Below, in pieces: positions 28,001 to 40,000 of a stretch of 64,000 nucleotides of DNA. The notes under the pieces were generated by a model. It had not been told where the DNA came from, made no database searches, and saw only the letters and a list, made by a program, of their open reading frames with translations. Both the position numbers and the translations under genes were made by a program. Source of the stretch: Raillietiella orientalis. Its lineage: Eukaryota. Location: contig JAYWIR010000004.1 of assembly GCA_036172245.1 (NCBI GenBank), positions 4,960,001-5,024,000 on the forward strand, written 5' to 3'. Position 1 is the first letter of the stretch. Every line of letters starts with the position of its first letter.

Positions 28001-31000
28001 TCAGGCCACAAAAGAACCTTCCCTCCCGTGGATGTGCTCGATGAGCGTTTTGTCACTCACGGGGCCAAGGGCTCCGCTGGTCTTGAACTTACCTGAAAGC
28101 GTACGATATGGACAACAAATCTTGCAGTGAGCCGGAAAACTGGAGATTGGACACTTTGAGGAACGGCATCGTTCCCTGTAGCTCCACGGGGAGTCCCAGG
28201 TCGTTCACGAATGAGTATCTCGAGTAGTACATATCCCCCAGTATTATGTTCCCGATTATTGACCGGATGAATTGGGTCAAACCGTCTTTCTTGGCTGCCG
28301 GAAGAAACACTCAAGTTCTCTTGCAAGCGCTATGTAGCCACTCACTCATAACGACGGCTATCTCCTGCAAGGTGTACGTCTTCAAGAATGCGACCTGGTT
28401 GTGGTATTTGACCACCACCTCGAAATGGAAATCTCCGTGGGTGCGCTCCTTAATGTTTTCTTCTTCTTCGAAGTCTGTGGTTTCCTTGGGGCTGAACCCG
28501 TAAGGATAAAGACTCTCCACGCCATGCAGATTCATCTGAAACTAAAAACACGCATTTTTTGGGGGGGGAGGAAGGGTTACCCTTCTAATGGGAAGCGAAT
28601 GCGTTGTGGACACAAACAAACCTTTCAACCTGGCAATTTACATTGAATTTATAATAAGTGCATGAATTTATGGTCATTATTACCATCTGAAATCAACTAC
28701 CATATTTTGTTTGTCAATTACCACAGTCAGTCACCATATGTGCAATTAATGCGTAATTATTTATATGAATTAATGCGACTATCAGAGCCTGCAGAAGAGG
28801 AGGGTCATCTTTCGAAAGTAGGGGTTGTCGGCATGCAACTGAGCCAAGGAGAGACAAAGGCAAAGATAAGCCAGGGAAGTTCTGAATGCATGGGAGGCTC
28901 TCGAACCTAGGGCATTGTAAAATCCTGTTGGGTTCTCCCATTTTCGCTGCTCCTCTTCCAACTTTTTCTTTCCTTTTCTTAGGTTTGCCAAGTGCTGAAG
29001 AACCGTTCACCTCCGTAGGGAGGGGCTAATGGAGCTTTTGAGACCGTCGATGCCACCCGAGGGTAAGTGTAGTGACTCTTCGAGTTATAGGGGTAGTCTC
29101 CGAGGATCACCCTATGAATCCAGGAATGTCTCGGATTTCGTTCCTCTCACGCCTGGGGAGGCATCCCCGAAGGGAATACCTCCACCCTGGTTGTCTCCGA
29201 AGGGAATCCCGAATTGGATCTCCTTCCTTATTTTCAACGAACTGTTGGCCACCTTGCGGGGGTTTGCAAAGCTTTTTAACACTGTTCCACGCCGACCGAG
29301 GGCGCGTGTGACTCTTCAAGATAGGTGGTACCCCCAGGAGGGGACCGCCCTATGAATCCAGGAAATGCTTCGTAGAAGCAAGTCCGTTCCTCTCACTCCT
29401 GGAGAGGGATCCTCGAAGTCTGATTGTCTTCGAAGGCAAACCCCGGAGGGAATCTCCTTCCTTATAGCTCTGGAGCGACTCCCGGAGGAGTCCGCTTTAT
29501 TTTTCTTGTCCGGGAGGAGGACTCCCCCTCAGCAAGAGAACCTCTCCTGCTTTCCCTCCTCTGAAGAGAACCTCGAAGGGACGCTTCCGGATTATTTTTC
29601 TCAGAAGGATGCTCCCCGAAGGGCGAGGCGCACTTCTCTACACTCTCTGGAGAGGCATCGTCAATCCACCAGCTCCACGGTACGAGGCGGAGGGTCCATC
29701 CACGAGGGGGGAGGGAGGGACGGCTCTTTTGCACAACCGAAGGGGAGCCCCCACTCCTTGGTCCCCGGGAGGACGCCGGAGGGTCGACTCCCCAGCCCGG
29801 CCACTCATCGGGGGCATCCGGGGGCTTGAACCGCTACCTGTGCCGCAGCCGAACGAATGTAGGCCAAGCAGAGTCATCTTGTGGGGGGGACTCGAACCTA
29901 CGACGCACTCCCCATCTCTCGGCGTCGATTCTTTCCGAGTGTTCGCACCCGCGACGCTTGGTGGTGCCACGCGCGGATACCGCAACCACGTGGCCTCCGA
30001 CGCCGACCATCATGAAATCAGTAACAGTTGAAAGTCTTTTTCACGATCTATTTTCGTGGGAGAAGAGTCACCAAGACTCTTCTCCCTCCTCCGCAGCGTC
30101 TTCTTCTACTCGTACAGGGAAGGTCACGCAACCAAGAGGATCTTCTTACCTGGACAGGGTAAAGTTCTCGCTTTTGGATCTTCCAGTTCAGCATTGCGTA
30201 CACGTAAGAAGGAAAGTAGGATTTGGGAGATCGATTGAGAGTGAAGAACAGCCCTCCGCTGAACCCGTATTCGTTGTCCTTGAATTTGAAATAATGGGCC
30301 CAGGAGTGGCTCTGGGGGGCGTCGAGGTGCGGGTTGCCCATACTGTCCAACAGCCTCCTAGCGGTATCTGCCCTAAAAGACATCGGGGTTCAGACGAAGG
30401 AAGACACTCGTGGGATTAAATGAGGAGGCCAGAAACACGGGGAGTTCCTTTCTCGCGGTGCCGACCGGGGTCAGGAAAGCTCCGATGCTTGTCGCGGGCT
30501 CCTGAGGGCCGACGCACCCACCCCACCAGGAAGCAGCACCGATCAGCGAGGAAGAAGGACCGCCGGGAGCCGCTTATCTCGCATGGTTTTCCTTCCAGAA
30601 CCCCTCCCTTCCTTCTTCGGGGAGAGCTGCAGGAGTCGCAATTACGGCGCACGAGATACTCCCGAAAATCCGGGACCTTTCCAAGAAGAGCGACAGAATC
30701 GGAGCGAAATCGGACCTGCACTTCCGCCCGAAAGGGAGCGAGCGGCCCACCGACAGCCGAGTGGGCACGGGGAAGGCGTATCCCCACGACGGCACCGCTC
30801 TGATATTCCTCTCAGAAGTCCCCCGCGAAATGGTGGTGGAGCGCGCACTTTTCCGCGGGTGGGCAGCAAGCAGGGCTGCCAGAAGTGACGTGTGAGATCT
30901 CTCTCTCTTTTTTCCTTTTTTCTTTTTTTTTCAAAAAAGGCAAATAGCTGCGACCTCAAAGGGAGATCGCTGTTGCTGACCTAGGATGATAAAAATCCTT

Positions 31001-34000
31001 TTGGATTCTATTCGCAGTGTTATCTCTCCAGTTCCCCCTCCCTTCCAGTTTTCTTTCTTTTTTGATTCTCCAAATACTTGAGAATCGTTCACACCCTTCT
31101 GCCATAGGGAGAGAGTCAACGGCAACGACGCGTGGGAACTCTCAAAGCTCTCTCAGCACGGCCACGCCCACACTCTCTTCAGATGGAACGAGCATGCGAA
31201 GATGTCAATGCTCCAGGGCCTCGCAGGCGCTGAGGACAGACATCCTCGGGATACACCCGCGAGGCGAGAACCGTCATCTTCCGTGCCTGGTGAGCTCAAC
31301 GCCCCACCTGCGCTCAACGCGAGAGCGGGTGCTACGCTCCCGCTGAAAAGAGTCCGAGGATCGTCAGCCTCACACGTTCGAAGTTGTGGGGGGTTCCTAC
31401 GAGCTGGAGACCTTCTTACCCCCTTCCTAGTCCTCACTTGTTAGCGACGCAAGTCTCTCCCAGATGGGACATTGCCTGCAGCAGCGAGTAGCAGTAGTGC
31501 ACTAGGTGGCTCTCGTAGTACTTCTTCGCGACCTTCAGTGTGAGAAACATGGTGTCGTACGACCCGTGGGCGAAGAGCACGGTGAGAGTTTTCAGGCGGA
31601 GGTCGTGGTTCTCGCTCATGTTGCTAACGATGTCGATCATCCGGTTGCCCATCTGCGAGACAAAGGAGGGAAGGAGTGATCCCCTCTCCCCAGTACGAAA
31701 CCGCTTTTCCTGACCTGCGGGCTCAAAGAGTGTTGCTCCTTGTGCAAGGAGACGAGAGCGTGGGCTCTCAGGTAGGGATCCTTGCTTTCGTCGAACGCGA
31801 TCTCTTGGGCGACCTCTTTGGTGAATTCATTGTCCATGTTCGAGATGGCCAGCAGCGAAGCCAGCTGCAAGGAGTAGGTCTTCCCGTCTGAAGCACATCC
31901 CCTCTGGTAGCGCGCGCTCTTCCCGGAAGGCCGGTCACTCACTGATCGCCTGCTCGCGTATGAGGTCTGCAAGGAACTTCAGCTGCTGCCAGTCGCATCT
32001 GGCGTTCTTGTCGGACTTGCTGCCGATCCTGTAGTCCGAAGCAGGCTTGCACGCGTGGGAGACCAAGGTCCCGAACCCGATCAGGGCGTGTTCGTAGGTG
32101 CTAGTCGACTTGTCGTATTCCTCCAGGACCTCCTACGGAAACGAACAGACGGGCCACTCAGAAGGACACGTCAAGCGGTCGGGGACAAATGCTAGGATGT
32201 CATTCTTGGAAACAAACGGGTTCAGGGAAGTCTGCGCCAAGCTGCTGACTTGGGGCTAGCGATGGAGGCGCGGTACAAACGAATGAACGCACGCGGTAAC
32301 TTGGTTGCGTCACGGGTAGGTGGCGCCAGGAACAGTTGGCGTATTCGGAAGCGGTCACGAATCACCGATTGAAGGCAAATCCTGAGAAAGGAAGATGCTC
32401 TCCGGGATAACCGATCGGTATGCCATCCAAGGACATGTTTTGACCCATCGCTCAAACAGTGTTGAGGATCTGTTGGAAGCATTCAGGCCGCAAAACAGAA
32501 TCCATTGTGCTTCGCACTGTGAACATTGTAGAACATTGTTTCGTTGTTCCGACAGCGCTGAAAGCTTTTTTTTTTGTTGTTGTTGTTGTTTACTTTTGAG
32601 CGACCACAAAGACTCCTGGAAGATGGTGGCACGCAGACAGGGTTTTGTGATGTCCCATCGCTGTACTTCGATGGACTGCTTGTTTCCGAATGGAAGCCGC
32701 GGTTTTGAGAACCTTGGGTTTCACTGTCTGATCATTGGGCTCAGTCTTTCTCGCCTGGGGGGCGACAGGACGCACGGGAACGACTGGGGGGAGACATACA
32801 GAGGTCAGTTTGAGGCCTGTATCTCCCCCTGTCCCTTGGCGCCCTTACGAGCTTGGAGGAAAGTCTTCGCTCTCTGTAGCGCGCAACGGTTTTTGCGGCG
32901 GAACGCAGGTTTGAGCAAGTCCATGGAAGGGTTCTCCAAGGAAGACAACAACTTATTGCGTACAAACCGACAACCGCGAGCAAAAAATGAAAAAAAAAAA
33001 AAGATGTGAAGAAAGAACCGTAAACACTTCTCACCCAAAGTGATTTCAGCAAATCATTGCTTAAGTCCGTTACGGACAAGGACCAAGTGAAGCTGGACGT
33101 GGCTTCGAGGTCGCTCAATTTCTTCTGTTTTCCCAGGGTGTACAAGAAATATATGGAATGGGAACTTCCGGCAAGCGAGAGAGATCGTATCAGGATCTGC
33201 CTGAAAATCCAAGTGAATTCGTTCTTTACATTGTCATTTGAAAAAGCCACTGGAAGAACATGGGAAAGATGTCCTGTACCTGCTTTTGGGATTCTCATCT
33301 GCCTCGAACAGGTCGTAGAGTTTTATCAAACTGTCGAGATTCAGAGAGCCGATCAGCCTGCGAGCTCCAAGCAGAGGCTTCAACAAACCAAGGAAGAACT
33401 CTTCGGATTGGAACTCGTCTCTTGCACTCCTTGACAGAGCAGTGATCTTTTTATGCACCTTGAAAATTTAGATGAAAGCACAGGATGAGTCCACAGCTGG
33501 AGAACATTTGAGCTAATCTCGAACCGCAAAACTCTTTGGGCCTCTAACAGGCCACAGCGTGCAGTGATTGCGGTTTTTCTGGTACTCGTCTTTTCGCTCT
33601 TCAGACAGTCTAAACATTCATTCGCTTTCTGTTACGAGTGTCAAAGGTTCCTCCGGAATAGCATCTTGCGAAAGCAAACCCTTCGGTGGGAGCTTCAGAA
33701 CGTCACATTCGCAGCTGAAAGAACCCTCACCTCGTTCCGTAGCCTCTCCTGGTCGAACGAGAATCTCTTGAGGCGAGAAGTCTGAGGCGCTTTCCTGAAC
33801 GACAGCGGAGCGTCCAAAGATTCGGCTGGATTTTCGAAAACGAACACCGGCGCGTGTTTCCTGAATTGACTTCCAAGCTCTATTTCCTTCATAGGGACTC
33901 CGGTGGCAAGGAGCATCAGATGCATCCTGGAATCCAGTACAAGAGCTATAGTAGCAGTGACCGTGTAACGCCGTCTGGCAACCGTAACAAGATTCAGCTC

Positions 34001-37000
34001 GTGATAATCTCGTGAGAAGGAGAAAAGAAGAAAAAAATTTTTTTTTTCGGCAACAGCTTCCCGCGAAGAGTGGCCAGACGCCGATGAAGTGAGAGCGCAG
34101 AGAGATAACTCCCAAGAACTGAGAGGATCTTCCACCCGCTGGTCATCGCCGTTTCGAGGAAGCGCGTGTGGTGCGTACAGACCTGCGCTCGAGGAGAGTG
34201 CCACGATCGACACGTATTGCGAGTTCCCACCGCATCTTCCCGCATCCGAGGTTCCCACACGAGCAGAAGGGGTGCGGCGACCTCGCTTGGCGGCAGAAAC
34301 GGGGCAAAGGAGGTCGTGAGGGGACTTTGACCCCAAACCTCGTTCACCTTACTGTGCGCTAGTGCTCGAAGGGGGGGCGCAGTGGTGCAACGAAGCTGCA
34401 CAGCAATTCCATTTTCGATGGAGCCAGCATTCGAAGAGAGGGAAAGTCTGCATGCACGTCGAGCGGATCAGACGAATGAGACCTCGAGATCTTTCTACAG
34501 TACAGCATTAACTTGGAGACAACTTTAATCTGCTTAAAGTTCAAAGCGTACGTCCCAGGATGTTCGTGCAGCAACCCCCATGTGTCGCTGATTCTAAGAC
34601 TCACTGTGCTCCCTACGCTTCGCGGCTTGTTTTCAATTATTTCCCCGTACTGGGGGGAGGGGACGGGAACGAGTTTTTCCCAGCTGTGCGTATGGGGAGG
34701 AGCATTCCATTCCCTTTCGATTAGAGACGGAGTGGCGCTTCCAAGGCCCGACGTGGTGGAAGCGTGGGTTGTGTCTGCCCCTGCGTTTCATTTCCTCCGT
34801 GTTGGCGCTACGCTTCTCTCCGTACCGCAAGAACTCCGAAGCACGTGCTTCGCGTACGGTGATTCCCGTACTTTCGCATTCTTGGACTTGGGGTTTGAGC
34901 TGCATTCCTTGAACCTACTGGAGTTGCACCCCAGGGTCTCATCAGTAGAAGAGGAGACGGAAAAAAGTTACCCCAGGGTGCACCTGCTGCCGATTCTTGT
35001 AACCGATGTGCAGCAGGCAGCAGACTGCGGGTTCGACAGGTAGGACTAGCTTGGATCCGCGCCCTTCTCTGGAAAGGGCACCGCTGACGTCACGCGGTGG
35101 GTATAGTGAGCACCGCTGATCGAAAGCCGATCGCGGTGGAATCGAGGAAGGGAATTCCCTCATTGGCTGCAATGCAGGAATGTTCTTCGCTAGACTGACT
35201 AAGAAACATGGTACAGGGCATTGTGCTGATGAAGCAAGCAAAGTTCCCAACCAGTTTGAGGCTTCCCAGCCGCTCAGAGGGCAGAGGTCGGAAGCACGCA
35301 AGTTTATCGCGAAAGAGAGGTTGCAATCATCCTGTTCCCAGAATATTTTTGGACTTACGTGTTTTTCTCTTCCAGAATGAATCCTTCCGGAGAGAACAGA
35401 GCGAAGATAGACGACCCTTTGAACTCGGCTTCCTCCAGAACGCTACCATTCTGCTTTAGTGTAAAGGTGGCCCGCTGGGGATTCTTGCTTTTGAATCTGC
35501 ACTCCTCCTAGCATAGACACAAACATTTGAGTGTAGTTCGTTTTTCCTTCTCATGCGAGCGGGAAAAAAATCACTGCTCCCTGATCACTCCGGCGAGAAA
35601 CAGCGTGAACAAGTACTGCCGGGCGGAAATTCTCGTGTCATCGGGGAACAGCCAGCATCGCCCGGTGATCCGGAGATGCAAGAGGAATCGAATCTGAATC
35701 CGTCGTCTGAGAATTTCTAATGGAAGCAGCTGTTGTCTTGGATGCCTTCGCGCTCTGGAAGCGTTCACGCGTGCAGGACCGTTTCTCCGGGTTTTCCTCG
35801 TCAGGCATGCCCCCCTTGGTTCTTTCCGTGGATTCAGCGGCACATCAGGTCGCCATCCCAATTTCCATTCATTCAATGACTGTGTGAATAATGGCTGGAT
35901 GCAGGTTCTTGCTGAGGAAGCAATTCGTCCTTGCGACCTTTCGATTCCCCGCCCACACGGGGAACAAACTTCAGCCGGCAGTTGAACTCGAAGTCCGCGA
36001 ATTCTCCCAAACAGTGACAAGCTTGTCACTGTTTGGGATGGGGTGGGGAGGGGGGGCAAGACCCCCACACCAACAGGTTGCTGGCATTGGTTTGCCTACA
36101 CTTGGGTCTTTGAAAATTTCCTGGATTGGCTCGGATTCCGTAGCCTTGGGAGCTACAAGAGTCATTCATGACGTTCGCTTTTCTGTCTTCGCTCTAGATG
36201 CACCCACGTTTCTTGTGATCATCTAGTTTCCGTTATGCTGCATTTTTCTGACCAGTGTCCAGAACACTCGTCACAAACCGGTCCTGACCTTCATTTCTTC
36301 CTCAGTGCTTTCGTACTTTTGGCTTTTGGTCTACGAAGAGCTTATAAAGCTACCCGATATCTACGAATCTCTGTAGTATTTGGGAATCGCTCTCGCTTGC
36401 TTCCTTGTGCAGTGAAGAGGCGACGACTCGGAGGGTCCCCCCGCAACGGGGAGGGTCCTCTCCTTTGAACAACTGGAGAGGTGCCCGTGAGGGCTCCTGC
36501 TCCATCTTGGAGCCGGAGGGGTCCCGCGGTGGGGGGGTCCGCTCTCCGTTGCACTATCGGAGAGGGAACTCCTCACTCCTTGATTCCTGGGAGGACCCGA
36601 AGGTCGACTCCCATTGTTCCGGCCTTCATCGGGAGGCCTCCGGCTTAATCCACCGCCGGTGCCACGCCCGAATGTCTCGGCCAACCAGCGCCATTGCAGG
36701 AGAAACTCGGAACTCGACGACGCAGTGGCGTCAGAGTTTCTGCAGAAGTATTCGAACCCGCGACCCATGTTGCCACACGCGGAAGCCTTAACCACAAGGC
36801 CTCCGACGAGGGCATGTTTTGGGAAGCATAGTATTTGGGAAGCATGTTTTCTGGTGTGTGCTTGTCAAAACAAAAAAAAATACCAGAAAACTGTGCCACT
36901 AAGATATGCATGGGGTTTCGTTCAAAAAAAAAACCTGCCGAATTCCCAAACGATTTCCCTGAACATCGTCAAGCTTCTTGAAATGACTGTGGATATGGAT

Positions 37001-40000
37001 TGAAAGGTGATATCGCGGTGACCTCATTTGCTCGGTTACCTTATTCTCATCGATTCTTCTTCCTCATCGGCATTGAACCTCTAGCTGTTGAAGGCCGTTA
37101 GCTCCTTCCTCGTATTCTGTACGTCTTATACAAGGAAACTGAGAACGCTGCTTGAAGATCCAGGGGCCACAGGTAGCCAAGTGAGAATTTCCTTTGTCTT
37201 GTATCGTGTGAAGCTGACATTCCGGCAACTGCTATTTATTTTCCACGTCAAAAATGGGAACGAAAAGACACCGAACTTCCCGCCCGAGCAAGCGTTGGGC
37301 ACGCCTTACATCGACCATTCGGTTCCATGCCACTGAGATATGCATGGTGTTTCGTTTCCGTTTACATAACGCGGAAGTGAAGTAGGTGGTTTTTCTCTGT
37401 TGCTGGAAGAAACACTGAACAGGAATCGTGGGAAGGGAGATTCAGCTAGAACTGAATGAACTCTCCTAAAGATGCGAATTCGTTCCAGAACACTTTAAAT
37501 CCGAGCGAACTTGGACTTTGGAATCCGGCACCTTCTTCCTAACTGTGTTCCTCACTCTAAAGTCTTAACGGTTGGGTATCTTGTACTTCTCTCGTGCTGA
37601 TGCCGTTAGCTGCCAAGGTAACATGCCTCTATCATTGCGATCATTACGAACGTTATGTATCGGTAGTCTCGAAAATGCTGGATGATTCCAGCTGGATGGT
37701 TTTTGCGACCTGCTTTCCCTCGCCACGTCCTCAATTGCTTTCTCATTGCTGTTCCCGTCCGTTCCATAGAACGGACGTTCAGCCCCTGGCCTTCGTTAGC
37801 ACAAGCATGTTGTATCCCTGTGTCCGTCAAGCTCTGTCAAACCTCGCCACCCCTCCTTGAAGAACTGCATACCATGTTTTTTGGGGGCTCCGATCTGCCG
37901 AGAAAACTGCTTTTCTTGCCACTACTCAGGATGCACCTGCTCCGTTGACAATGGAGAGACTACGAAAGCTCTCCTCCTAGACAGCTAACGGAAAGTTTGA
38001 AGCGAGATAATTCCTTCGGCTTGGTCCGCTTGTCGCGGAAAGTAAGATGTTAAAGGCGACCGAGATTGAATCTGACGAAAAGACCAGGTAGAAGAGGATG
38101 TCGGAGCCTTCACAGGCCGTGAAGTATTCCCGGGAAACGTACAGATTGCCCAACAGATTGCCCAGGATTTAACAACAAATGTCGCAGCAGACCCTCGGGC
38201 GCCTGCTGAGAAATTTGTCGGAAAACAGGGAGGTTGTAAGCTTGTTCTTTCTTGGTGGGGAACAAAAAAGGAAAAGAATTCACCTCTCCGATGCAAGCAC
38301 ACTGGTTGAAGTCCTGGAAGTTTTCGGCGATAAACGGTGCGTTTTTGCATTTATCCGCATCCCTGATCTTGTAGACGAAGACCGTGTCCCCGGAGGGAAT
38401 CGTGGTGTACCAACCTTCGCATACACCTCCGACGGTTGGCTTGGAGACAAATGACCTCAGCATCTCCCACCTTTTCGTCTTACCTCCAGAGCAAAGTTTC
38501 GCCTCTCCCCTTCACGCACAGGGAACTGAAGGTTGGATGCGATGGCTTTCTTTATGTTCACTGACCACAGCGTGTCGTCAGTTGACGTCCTGATGTGTTT
38601 TAACTGAAAGAAAGGAAACAAAGGGGCTGGTAGAAACAAACAAATCCAACAACCGAGGTCTGGTAGTTGAGCCGGTTTGGCCTTCGAGAATCCGGCCTGG
38701 AATCTCCTCGAGCAACTGCGAACTTCGCTGCTCTCGAGCGGTAAAACGCGTGGTACTAACCAGCTGTCTTCCGTCTAGATGGATCTCGAAGGTCTTTTCC
38801 AGCTCACTGATGCGCTCCTTGTACCTGGAGTCCGTGAGATGGATTTGGGATACGGTTGCTGCCTCGCTACCGCTGCTGCCGGGTCCGTTGAACAGTTTGA
38901 GGTACTGGACGACCACCTGGAACGGTTTGGATGAGTTTGCTGAAGTCACGGGACTTTAGAGAGAGGGGATCTCACCTGGCAGTTCAATATCTTTCCCTCT
39001 CCGGTAGTCCTCGGTTGGATGTACAAGAAGGCTTCACACTCGAATCCGGACTCGCCTTTGACTCTGAGGGTCTGTGGTTCCACCTTGGCCTCCAGAAAAA
39101 GCTTGTAGAGGTACTCGGTGCCCGAATGGAACGGGCTGATCAGACTGTGGTGCGTGTTCTGGGCTGGAACATACGCGTGCTGAGTGCCGCTCTCTGTACT
39201 TTCCGAACTTTCAACCAGCCCGCCGGGAATGGGCGGGTGAGCTGCAGATTGCGAAAAACCCGGAACATCCCAACGTAAAATCATGTGCAGGATTTGGGGA
39301 CAGGAAGGAGGGGGGGAGTCAGGAGATACGGCAAGGTAAAGACAGACCTAGAGGAGAGCGCGCTACCGGTGAGAGAAGCACCCCTTCGGGGGAAAGCGAA
39401 ACTCGCGTGCGGGACGAGAAGGCCAAAGTACTTCCGCCGGCGGCAGTTGGGAGAGGCTGACACTCTTGAACGGAGGACTGTCTTTGCGTGCAGAACTGTC
39501 TACGGATGGACGCGTGCGGAGGAACCCTGCACGCGTCCGGTGACGCCTGTAGGCGAAGGGAAGGGTTATCATGGAATCATAGCCCACCGTCCAGCTCTCC
39601 TTTGATCTCCTTCTTGGGAGAGGAGGGTCCTCTTTTAGAACAGACGCCAGAAGGATGCTGATCGGTCTGTGGCAGATTCCGGATCCTTCCATCTTGTTTT
39701 GGGTCATCCGCTCCCGCTACACTTCTGCACGGATGGAATTTTCGTTCCGCGGTCCCTATGCATCCGGCCATTCGGCTTGTCCTGTAAGATCTGCCACAGA
39801 AGCGCATCGTTTGCGGGGGTTCTCAGACTCAGGGCAAGTCGATCCTCCTCTCTGGACCTCTTCCTCTTCGTCTCCGCTTCGGTCAACCTTCACGCGACTT
39901 CCTTCCCGCCCTTCGAGCCAGGTGTAGCTTCTCTTCACGTGCCCCGTGGAGGTGGCGCTCCTCTGCCGTCCAGGTCGGCCAGGGAACGTCGCCCGGATCA

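Noticed and set aside
19334..30001. LTR retrotransposon bounded by two 720-bp direct repeats
   Set aside because: The interior is spliced Vg exons with no gag/pol. The repeats lack TG..CA ends, and other dispersed and inverted copies exist.
36745..36813. Functional tRNA gene
   Set aside because: A/B-box-like motifs are present, but I could not form a complete cloverleaf or acceptor stem. It is the head of a repeat.
38110..38210. Vg exon QAPEGLLR... interrupted by an insertion
   Set aside because: It has a plausible acceptor but runs into a stop. Exon 38439-38284 can splice in phase to 34285, so no disruption needs to be assumed.
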